NCBI RefSeq assembly: GCF_006345805.1
Contig: NC_043025.1
Span: 8,370,001-8,434,000 of the forward strand
Source: Octopus sinensis
Lineage: Eukaryota
DNA length: 64,000 nucleotides
Direction: 5' to 3'
In this document: one piece after another, positions 39,313 through 52,786 of the stretch
Layout: each line of letters begins with the position of its first letter
How positions within the stretch are numbered: the stretch's first letter is position 1
Position numbers and translations under genes: made by a program
The notes under the pieces: model-generated
Databases searched by the model: none
The model's input: only the letters and a program-made list of their open reading frames with translations
What the model was told of the DNA's origin: nothing

Positions 39313-42300
39313 TGATGATGATAATAGTTTATTTGTCGGAAGGGTGTTTGAATAGAGTGGCAGTGGCAGGTTGGGGTGGTTATGAACTATAATGATAGTA
39401 ATGATGTGTATAATGGTATATAATCTTGAAGCAAAGGTCATGTGTTAATGTCTGCATAACATAAACAACACTCTCATATATATATATATATATATACATA
39501 TACATACATATATACATACATATATATATATATACACTCATACATATATACATACATATATACATATATATATATACATATATACACACATACATATATA
39601 TATATATATATACACACATACATACATATATACATACACACACATACATATACATACACACACATATACATATATACACACATATATACACACATACATA
39701 TATACATACATATATATATACATATATACACATATATATATACACACATACATATATACATACATATATATATACATATATACACATATATATATACACA
39801 CATACATATATACATACATATATATATACATATATACACATATATATATACACACATACATATATACATACATATATATATACATATATACACATATATA
39901 TACACACACATATACATATATACATACATATATATATATATACATATATATACATACATATATACATACACACACATATATATATATATATATACACACA
40001 TACACATACATAGACCTACACACACACAAACATATATGCACATCCATGCATACATACATACATACATTAATATACATGTATACTCAACATATCTGCCGCC
40101 AGCCATATGTACATACATATATATACACACACAAATGCATATACATATACACACTAATAACATATATATACACCCATTCATATACACATGTACAAACACA
40201 CAAATAGCATAAATACATCTGTACCTATGTACATACATACTTATAAACTTACGTGTATACATATATACATATACACACTAATAACATATATATACACCCA
40301 TTCATTATACATACTTATAAACTTACGTGTATACATATATACATACACACGTATATGTATACACGTACGTACAGACCCTAACATACACGCATAAACACAC
40401 ACATACCTATGTCCGTACAAGCTGATAAATTCTGATATATACATACATACATGTACACAAAATTCCTCCTCCCATCCTCGCCCACCCCTGTCTAGACAAA
40501 TACCCTTGGATGGGTGGGATTAAGAATAGAGAAGGGAGAGAAAGAAAGAGGAATATCTGTTGATAAAAGCTAACACATACATACCACCACCACCACCAAA
40601 CACTCCCTGCCCTGTGTAGCAGAAGCCCCTGGGGTGGGGCGGTTAAAAAGACTGGAGCTTGTGTGTAGACACATATACACATATATATATATGAAGACAA
40701 TCACATACTTCCACACACACACACAGTGAAGACAGCAACACATATATATACATACACACATACAAGCGAGAACTTATCTACACACACAGACACACACACA
40801 CACACACACACAGTGAAGACAGTAACACACATATACATACACACATATACACACACACATACAAGCAAGAAATTATCTACACACACACACACACACAGTG
40901 AAGACAGTAACACACATATACATACACACATATACATACACACATACAAGCAAGAAATTATCTACACACACACACACAGTGAAGACAGTAACACACATAT
41001 ACATACACACATATACATACACACATACAAGCAAGAAATTATCTACACACACACACACACACAGTGAAGACAGTAACACACATATACATACACACATATA
41101 CATACACACATATACATACACACATACAAGCAAGAAATTATCTACACACACACACACACACAGTGAAGACAGTAACACACATATACATACACACATATAC
41201 ATACACACATATACATACACACATACAAGCAAGAAATTATCTACACACACACACACACACAGTGAGGACAGTAACACACATATACATACACACATATACA
41301 TACACACATATACATACACACATATACATACACACATACAAGCAAGAAATTATCTACACACACACACACACACACAGTGAAGACAGTAACACACATATAC
41401 ATACACACATATACACACACACATACAAGCAAGAAATTATCTACACACACACACACACACAGTGAAGACAGTAACACACATATACATACACACATATACA
41501 CACACACATACAAGCAAGAAATTATCTACACACACACACACACACACAGTGAAGACAGTAACACACATATACATACACACATATACACACACACATACAA
41601 GCAAGAAATTATCTACACACACACACACACACACAGTGAAGACAGTAACACACATATACATACACACATATACATACACACATACAAGCAAGAAATTATC
41701 TACACACACACACAGACACACAGTGAAGACAGTAACACACATATACATACACACATATACACACACACATACAAGCAAGAAATTATCTACACACACACAC
41801 ACACACACACACAGTGAAGACAGTAACACACATATACATACACATATATACACACACATACAAGCAAGAAATTATCTACACCACACACACACACAGTGAA
41901 GACAGTAACCACATATACATACACACACATATACACACACACATACAAGCAAGAAATTATCTACACACACACACACACACCACAGTGAAGACAGTAACAC
42001 ACATATACTACACACATATACACACACACATACAAGCAAGAAATTATCTACACACACACACAGTGAAGACAGTACACACATATACATACACACATATACA
42101 CACACACATACAAGCAAGAAATTATCTACAACACACACAGTGAAGACAGTAACACACATATACATACACACATATACACACACACATACAAGCAAGAAAT
42201 TATCTACACACACACACAACACACACAGTGAAGACAGTAACACACATATACATACACACATATACATACACACATACAGCAAAAAAATTATCTACACACA

Positions 42301-42637
42301 CACACACACACACACACAGTGAAGACAGTAACACACATATACATACACACATATACACACACACATACAAGCAAGAAATTATCTACACACACACACACAC
42401 ACACACAGTGAAGACAGTAACACACATATACATACACACATATACACACACACATACAAGCAAGAAATTATCTACACACACACACACACCACAGTGAAGA
42501 CAGTAACACACATATACATACACACATATACACACACACATACAAGCAAAAATTATCTACAACACACACACACACAGTGAAGACAGTAACACACATATAC
42601 ATACACACATATACACACACACATACAAGCAAGAAAT

Positions 42638-42669
<32 letters not shown>

Positions 42670-44844
42670 GTGAAGACAGTAACACACATATACATACACA
42701 CATATACATACACACATATACATACACACATATACATACACACATACAAGCAAGAAATTATCTACACACACACACACACACAAAATCATGTGATGACAGT
42801 AACACACACATATACACACACGCACATATAAAAACAAGCACTTGCATACATTCACACAAATACACATATGCAGACAATAACGCACCCTCACATGCAGGGA
42901 CAGCAATACACACACACATACAGACAAGCAGTTATCTACACACCAATACAGATGCACACATATACATACTCATAACAGATCATAACGTAACACATACACA
43001 CACACACACACACACACAGACCAGCACATACCCGCACTTATGCACTCACACACATTCACATATACAGACAGTAACACACACACACACACACAAACAAGCA
43101 AACAAGAGCTTACACACACACATACACTCACTCACACACACATACATACACACATATACATATAAAAAAAAGCACTTGCCCACACATTCACACACACACA
43201 CACAGTCACACACACACACAGTCACACACACACACACACACACACACACAGTCACACACACACACAGACACACACACACACACACACACAGTCACACACA
43301 CACACACACAGTCACACACACACACACACACAGTCACACACACACAAACACACACACAGACACACACACACAAACAAGCGCTTACCCACACACATACACT
43401 CATACACACATACATTCACATATACACACACATATACATACATATTAAAGCAAGCACATACCCACACATTTTCACACACACGTAAACACACACATACAGA
43501 AAAGACACACATAAAAACATGCACTTACACGCGCACACACACACACGCACACACACACACGCATGGACCCGTTTAACAAGCTGTCTTTGGGTGGGTGAGG
43601 TTATAGAGAAAGAAATGTTTCCTAGACACACAAAAACCCAAATTTTTAACCTTTGAGGTCAGACACTGCTGATTGCATTTCTGACAAATAACAATCCGTT
43701 TCTTACACACAATCTACACACTATCAAATGCATGTGTGTGTATATATATATATATATTCACACACACACATACAAACTCACACACACACGCACACCTATG
43801 TTTGTGTCTTTTTGACCATATTTGGTGCTTATCTGAATCATCATCATCATCATTGTTTAACGTCCGTTTTCCATGCTACCATGGGTTGGATGGTTAAACT
43901 GGGGTCTGGGAAGCCAGAAGGCTGCACCAGGCCCAGTCTGATCTGGCAGTGTTTCTACAGCTGGATGCCCTTCCTAACGCCAACCACTCCGTGAGTGTAG
44001 TGGGTGATTTTACGTGCCACCGACACAGGTGCCAGACGAGGCTGGCGAACGGCCACGATCGGATGGTGCTTTTTACGTGCCATAGGCACGGGGGCCAGGT
44101 GAGGCTGGCAACGGCCACAATCGGATGGTGCCTTTTACATGCCACCGGCACAGAGGCCAGTCGGGGCGGCGCTGGCAACGGCCACATTCGGATGGTTCTC
44201 TTACGTACCACCTGCACTGATATCACAGCTGCAATTTCCATTGATGTTGATCGATTTCGATTTTCACTTGCCTCAACAGGTTTTGTGTCCCAAGAAGGAA
44301 TGGTATGCATAAGTGGACTGGCTACATCCCATGTAGAGGCCATGGGTTATGGTCTCACTTGTCCTGCCGGGTCTTCTCACGCACAGCATACTTCCAAAGG
44401 TCTTGGTCTCTAGTCATTTCCTCAGTGAGACCTAAAATTCGAAGGTCTTGCTTCACCACCTCGTCCCAGGTTTTCCTGGGTCTACCTCTTCCACAGGTTC
44501 CCTCAACCGCTAGGGTGTGGCACTTTTTCACACAACTATCTTCATCCATTCTCGCCACATGACCATACCAGCGCAAACGTCTCTCTTGCACACCACATCT
44601 GATGATTTTTAGGTCCAGCTTTTCTGAGTACGTTTATGTGTATCCACTCCTCCTACATTTTTACTTTGTTTCAGTCATTGGACTGCGGCCATACTGGAGT
44701 ACAACACTGGAGTGTTTAGTCAAACAAGTTGACCCCAGAAGCTATGTTTTATTAAGCCCTGGTACTTTCTTTCTGTTGGCCACTTTTCTGACCCCTAAAT
44801 TATGGAGTTATAATCAAACCATCACCGAATGTCAAGTGGTGGCA

Positions 44845-44916
<72 letters not shown>

Positions 44917-45053
44917 ACTTGTTTCAGTCATTGGGTTGTGGTCATGCTGGAGCACCACCATGAAAGATTTTTGTTGGATGCATCAACCCCAGACCTATTT
45001 TCATTTTATGCCCGGTTCTTATTCTGTCGGTCTCTTTTACCAAGCCCACTAAA

Positions 45054-45087
<34 letters not shown>

Positions 45088-45970
45088 ACATTTAACGTCC
45101 CTTTTCCATGCTGGCATGGGTTGGACAGCTTGACAGGAACTGGCAAGGCTGGAGAGCTGCTCCGGGTTCCATTGGCCGTTTTGCCTTGGTTTCTACGGCT
45201 GAATTGCCTTTCTTAATGCCAACAAATCTACAGGGTATATACTAGTTGCTTTTTATGTGGCACCATCACCAGTTGGCAAGCAGTGGTGGGGGACAAACAC
45301 AAAACTCTCTGCTGGTGCCACATTAAAAGCACTGGTGCCACATTAAAAGCACCGTTGCTGGTTCCACATTAAAAGAACCGTTGCTGTTGCCACATTTAAA
45401 GCACCGTTACGTTCTGAGTTCAAATTCCGCCAAGGTCAACTTTGCCTTTCATCCTTTCGGGGTCGATAAATTACGTACCAGTTACGCACTGGGGACGATA
45501 TAATCGACTTAATCCCCTTGTCTGTCCTTGTTTGTCTCCTCTGTGTTTAGCCCCTTGTGGGTAATAAAGAAATAGGTATTTCGTCTCTCACTACGTTCTG
45601 AGTTCAAATTCCGCCAAGGTCGACTTTGCCTTTCATCCTTTCGGGGTTGATAAATTAAGTACCAGTTACGCACTGGGGACGATATAATCGACTTAATCTG
45701 TTTGTCTGTCCTTGTTCATCCCCTCTGTGTTTAGTCCCTTATGGGTAGTAAAGAAATAGGTATTTCGTCTGCCGCTACTTTCTGAGTTCAAATTCTGCCG
45801 AGGTCGACTTTGCCTTTCATCCTTTCGGGGTCAATAAATTAAGTACCAGTTACGCACTGGGGATCGATGTACTTGATTTAATCCGTTTGTCTGTCCTTGT
45901 TTGTCCCCTTTATGTTTAGCCCCTTGTGGGTAGTAAAGAAATATTACTCTAACAACTGATATTTCTTATG

Positions 45971-46003
<33 letters not shown>

Positions 46004-49000
46004 CGTTCTCCAGGTCGCAGTGAAACCACCATACAGAGGTCAGTGGTGCATTTTTCCAGTGGTCTGTTTGGACTCAGTATCCTCTACAACTTCTTCCATT
46101 CCACCATGCTCTATCTGCTCATCACTGCCGGTTTGGGTTACCTTGTCATTACCATCACCGTGTTCAAGTGCCGGCCCCTTTGCGGCATCTGCGTGTCGGC
46201 TTCGGTTGTACTAATCATTATCCTACTGTAAGTTGCTGTTTCTTTCTATGCACGTGTGTGTGTGTGTGTGTGTGAGAGTATTAGACTATATTATCATCCG
46301 TATGAATGTTTGAGACTATACTCTTACTCTTTACTTACTCTTTTACTTGTTTCAGTCATTTGACTGCAGCCATGCTGGAGCACCGCCTTTAGTCGATCAA
46401 ATCGACTCCAGAACTTATTCTTTTGTAAGCCCAGTACTTTTTCTATCGGTCACTTTTACCGAACCGCTAAGTTACGGGGATGTAAACACACCAGCATCGG
46501 TTGTCAAGCGGTGTTGGTCGGACAAACACAGACACACAAACATACATACACATGTATATATATATATATACATATATACGACGGGCTTCTTTCAGTTTCC
46601 GTCTACCGAATCCACTCACAAGGCTTTGGTCAGCCTGAGGCTATAGTAGAAGACACTTGCCCAAGATGCCACGCAGTGGGACTGAACCCGGAACCATGTG
46701 GTTGGTAAGCAAGCTACTTACCACACAGCCACTCCCATGCCTATTTATATATAAATATATGATGGGCTTCTTTCAGTTTCCATCTACCAAATCCACTCAC
46801 AAGGCTTTGGTCGGCCTGAGGCTATAGCAGAAGACACTTGCCCAAGATGTTACGCAGTGGGACTGAACCCGGAACCATGTGGTTGGTAAGCAAGCTACTT
46901 ACCACACAGCCCCTATGTGTATATGGCTGTGCATGTGTGTGTGAGAGAGAAACAAACAACTGTTATTTATGTGCATGTGTGTATGTATGAGTTAGACAAT
47001 ATTATTGACTGTATGAATATTTGAAGTTATGGCTCAGAAATCTGGACATTATCAAAGAAGCTTGAGAGGCGGTTGGATGGAACCTACACTCGCCTCCTTA
47101 TGAGAGCTCAAAATCTCTCATGGAAGCTTCATCCAACCAAAGTACAAATATATGGGAAACTACCACCTGTGTCATCTCTAGTGAAAGGTAGGAGAGTCCA
47201 GTTTGCTGGACATTGTTGCAGAGCTGAAAAAGAAGTAATTTCTACTCTTCTCCTCTGGAAGCCATCTACTCGCGATACCAGAGGGCGCACACTCTCCAAC
47301 CCTGATGTAGGTCGGCCCAGGGCTATAGCAGAAGACACTTGCCCAAGATGCCACACAGTGGGACTGAACCCGGAAACATGTGGTTGGTTAGCAAGCTACT
47401 TACCACACAGCCACTCCTGCGCCTGTATGTGCATATATTATCTATATGTGAATGTGTATGTGTGTATGAATATCTATATGTGAGGGTATGTATGCATGTG
47501 TATGTGTGTATTAAAATTTATATGTGGGTATGCATATATATCTTCGTCATTGTTTTAACATGCATTTTGCCATGCTCGCTTGGGTCAGACAGATCTTGTT
47601 GAGGCAGGTTTTCTATGGCCGGATGCCCTTCCTGTCACCAAACCCTCACCTGTTTCCAAATAAGGCCTGTTTTCACAGAAGATTGGAAATGAAAGGCACC
47701 ACTTGCATAACTTCTTTACAGATGTCAAGGCAAGGAATTAGCAACACGGGCCAAAAGCCATGTGCCAAAACGTTTGATATTCTGTTTATATTATTATTAT
47801 TGAGTGAGAATGCTATGCATGCCTATTTCTTTACTACCCACCAGGGGCTGAACACAGAGGGGACAAACAAGGACAGACAAACGGGTTAAGTCGATTATAT
47901 CAACTCCAGTGCGTAACTGGTACTTATTTTAATCGACCCCGAAAGGATGAAAGGCAAAGTCGACCTTGGCAGAATTTGAACTTAGAACGTAACGGCAGCC
48001 GAAATACCGCTAAGCATTTCGCCTGGTGTGCTAACGTTTCTGCCAGCTCGCCGCCTTTGCATGCCATCAAAGTGACACTGCGGTACAAATATATGAAACC
48101 CAACATACCCTTCATGACTACCTGTCTGATAACGGTACACCAGGCACATGCATCACAACCATATGTACACATCATACTGATCTCATGAAAGGCTTTGCAT
48201 TTCATCCTCCTGGGGTCAATAAAATACCAGCTGAGCACTGAGGTGGCATGGTTGAATCAATCAACTAGCTCCCTCCCCCAAAATTGCAGGCCTTGTGCCA
48301 AAACTTTGAAACCATTATTATTATTATTATTATTATTGAGTGAGAGAGCAGTGTATGACATCAAAGTGACACTGGGGTACAAATATACGAAGCCCAGTAT
48401 ACCCATCATGACTACCCGTCTGATAAGGGTACACCAGGCACATGCATCACAACCATATGTGCGCGACATGGTGATCTCATATCAAGATAAACAGCACATG
48501 ACCTTGCAGGTGGGGCCCAGTTAAAATTTTCTTCAGGTTGAGTAACCCATCCCGCTCAAACGGTCCCTGAATAAGGGTTGTTTAAGGATGTTGAAAGAAC
48601 CACCCATGTTTCCAGAGGTGAACTATTCAAACCCCAAAGAATCCCTCTCAACACATGGCTATGATGCTCCCCCACTACTTCTGCTCGTGATCAGAGATGC
48701 ACATATCGTCAGCCACTAAGGGACATGCTCAACTGGTTAAGGTCAAACAACTGACAAGCATATCTGTGGTATTGAGCAGAATATTTGCTGTAGCCCATCT
48801 TTTATACCAAGACAAAACAATGTACATGATAACACTTCCAATCAGTTAAGATCAGAAGCCATGAGAGCCACTGCCTGGTACTGCATCAAATTATTATTAT
48901 TATTGAGTGAGAGTGACACTGGGGTACAAATATACGAAGCCCAATATACCCATCATGACTACCCATCTGAGAAGGGTACGCCAGGCACATGCATCACAAC

Positions 49001-52000
49001 CATATGTGCGCATTATACTGATCTCATATCAAGTTAAACAGCACATGACCTTGCAGGTGGGGGACCAGTTAGAATTTTCTTCTGGTCGAGTAACCCATCC
49101 CACTCGAAAGGTCCCTGAATAAGGCTTGTTTAAGGATGTTGAACAAAACACCCATGGTTCCAAAGGTGAATTATCCAAACTCCCAAAGAATCCCTCTCAA
49201 CTCACGGCTTGATGCTCCCCCACTACTTCTGCTTGCGACCAGAGATGCACATATCGTCAGCCACTAAGGGACATGCTCAACTGGTTAAGGCCATGCTTCA
49301 TAGCATTTTGACTGTCCTTACATTTTGAGTTCAATTCTGCCGAGGTCACCTTTGCCTTTCATCCTTTCAGGGTTGATAAATTAAGTACCAGTGAAACACT
49401 AGGGTTGATGTAATTGACTATTACCCCCTCCCTAAAAATTTCAGGCCTTGTGCCTTTAGTAGAGAGAATCATCATCATCATCATCATCATTATTATTATT
49501 ATTATCATTAGTGAAGGTGCATGGTTCAGTGGTTAGAGCGTCTAGTTTAGGATCGTGAAGTTGTGAGCTCAAATCCCGGACCAGGCTGCTTGTTGTGTTC
49601 TTGAGCAAGACACTTTCACGTTATTTCACGTTGCTTCCAGTTCACTCAACTGTAGAAATGAGTTGCGATGTCACAGGTGCCAAGCTGTATCGATTGGCCT
49701 TTGCCTTTTCCTTGGATGACACTGCATGGCACCTTGAGCAAGTGTCATCTGCTATAGCCGCAGACCACCCGAAGCTTTGTAACTGAATCTGAAAGGTAGA
49801 AGTTACCACCCTGTGTGTACATGGGTAAGTGCTTGTGCCTCCTAACATACATACATACATACATACGTACATACATTGAAACTCCGACGTCTGGCAGCTG
49901 ACTTGGCAGACACCCATAAAATTATTATCCATCTTACAAACAATAACTCTGAGCACCTTTTCAAACTCCACCCGTCTAACACCCGAGGACATGTTTACAA
50001 AGTCAGAAAACAACACAGCTCCTTCCATGACTTTAGGAAACAATTTTTCACACTAAGAGTTGCTGAAGTAAGGAATAAACTGCCGGCATCAGTTGTTAGT
50101 TGTCGGAGCACTGCATCCTTCAAAGCTTCCATGCTTCCTGAGATTCGCCAACACTACACCTGATTTTCTTCCCTCCATACACACGCTGAAGCATGGAACA
50201 AACTGCCGGCATCAGTTGTTAGTTGTCGGAGCACTGCATCCTTCAAAACTTCCATGCTTCCTGAGATTCGCCAACACTACACCTGATTTTCTCCCCTCCA
50301 TACACACGCTGAAGCATGGAACAAACTGCCGGCATCAGTTGTTAGTTGTCGGAGCACTGCATCCTTCAAAACTTCCATGCTTCCTGAGATTCGCAACACT
50401 ACACCTGATTTTCTCCCCTCCATACACACGCTGAAGCATGGACACACTGCCGGCATCAGTTGTTAGTTGTCGGAGCACTGCATCCTTCAAAACTTCCATG
50501 CTTCCTGAGATTCGCCAACACTACACCTGATTTCCTCCCCTCCATACACACGCTGAAGCATGGAACACACTGCCGGCATCAGTTGTTAGTTGTCGGAGCA
50601 CTGCATCCTTCAAAACTTCCATGCTTCCTGAGAGATTCGCCAACACTACACCTGATTTTCTCCCCTCCATACACACGCTGAAGCATGGAACACACTGCCG
50701 GCATCAGTTGTTAGTTGTCAGAGCACTGCATCCTTCAAAACTTCCATGCTTCCTGAGAGATTCGCCAACACTACACCTGATTTTCTCCCCTCCATACACA
50801 CGCTGAAGCATGGAACAAACTGCCGGCATCAGTTGTTAGTCGTCGGAGCACTGCATCCTTCAAAACTTCCATGCTTCCTGAGAGATTCGCCAACACTACA
50901 CCTGATTTTCTCCCCTCAATACACACGCTGAAGCATGGAACAAACTGCCGGCATCAGTTGTTAGTTGTCGGAGCACTGCATCCTTCAAAACTTCCATGCT
51001 TCCTGAGAGATTCGCCAACACTACACCTGATTTTCTCCCCTCAATACACACGCTGAAGCATGGAACAAACTGCCGGCATCAGTTGTTAGTCGTCGGAGCA
51101 CTGCATCCTTCAAAGCTTCCATGCTTTCTGAGATTCGCCAACACTACACCTGATTTTCTCCCCTCCATACACAAGCAAGCATGTATCTGACTCATACACT
51201 GTTCGCTTCCCAGACATTTCTACATTACTGCATATGCTTTATATGCACTTTCTGACAAGTTGTGGTGCACCTGAGCAACTGTATCCAATAATTTCATTAT
51301 TATTATTATAATACACATATATATGGGTGTTTGTGGGTGCATAAATTGATGCCTATATGTGAGTGTATGCATGCATATATATTTGTGTAAGCATGTATAT
51401 GTGTGAGTGAGTCAGATTTTCTTATTCTGAATCTTGTTTGTGTCTCCCTATCAGCTGTTTTTCACTCTCATTGTTTTTGTTTCATTAGGGAGCTGTTTAT
51501 TGTGGACTCAGCCTCTTGGCACAAAGTTAGGGGTAAGTCAAACAAGGAACTCTCTCTCTCTACATCTTGTCTCTTATCTGTTTAACAATCATTGCCCAGC
51601 CCTACTAGAGATAACAAAAGCAGCAAAATCTCTCTTTCAAAGCTGTATTTGGGAGCTGCTGCTGATAACAGTGTATTGATAAATGAATCTCTGCCAATCA
51701 CAGTAAAGTGCGTCTAATAATAGAGTTTGATGTCACTATGATCTTCAGTGAAGAACGTTCTTGCCTGTAGATTGCAGTGGCATGAAACTAGTCATGTGAT
51801 AGAAATTTCCTTTCTTGTATTGAACACTCATCTCTTGTTTGTTTGACACACACACACATACACACATATATATACACACACACACACACACATACATACA
51901 CACGTGCATATATATATATTATATATATATATATATATAAAATATTATTTGAGACAAAACCACTATTTTGCAAAACAAACAAGGAAAGACTTAATCAATA

Positions 52001-52316
52001 CATAAAATTTAATAAATAGTCAAAAAAACCGCCACTACAATCGTTTCTTGTCTTGATCGACAATCTTCAGGTGGACTTCCAGTAACTGAATTATTGGAAG
52101 TCCACCTGAAGATTGTCGATCAAGACAAGAAACGATTGTAGTGGCGGTTTTTTTGACTATTTATTAAATTTTATGTATTGATTAAGTCTTTCCTTGTTTG
52201 TTTTGCAAAATAGTGGTTTTGTCTCAAATAATATTTTATAATATTTTACTATAAAATTGGATTTAATCCTAAATCTGATTTTTTTCCCTGTAAATTTGGA
52301 TATATTCCCTAATATT

Positions 52317-52372
<56 letters not shown>

Positions 52373-52753
52373 TTGTATTATATATGCATATATACACGCG
52401 CACACACACACAGAAATGTTGGTATGATCAATATATGAATTTAATACATTCTTACTAATCGTTTCATGATAGATTTAATTTGATCAACCTTCAGCCAATT
52501 TAAGATCATGGCCCTTTAATGAAGGCATACTGTCTGATATAATTTACAATATGCGTAACTATTTTCCTATTAACTGCAACGACACAAGTGTTGCAAGGAG
52601 GACAACTCTATTAAACCTTATCTCTACTGAGTAGTTTTCCTCAGGTTTTACAAAATTTAAGCAGATATCAGAATCAATAAAACAGTGAGAAAAGTTTTAG
52701 AAATTATACTTAGATCACGGAAAATAAAACTTTGTGTTCTTGTTGTTGTTGTT

Positions 52754-52786
<33 letters not shown>

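Larger units (their letters stand above)
51936..52240. repeat. Perfect 146-bp inverted repeat (arms 51936-52081 and 52095-52240, 13-nt spacer), probable inverted Penelope pLTR
   Basis: Arms read as exact reverse complements by eye. The right arm continues into a T-rich tail (...ttttttccctgtaaatttgg...) ending in (TA)n; a similar tail occurs at about 22040-22085. Confidence 0.9.

Noticed and set aside
40715-42790. CRISPR-like look (constant motifs with variable spacers); also the 25-bp array at 56285
   Set aside because: The spacers are CA/TA runs or variants of each other rather than unique sequences; there are no cas genes and the context is eukaryotic.
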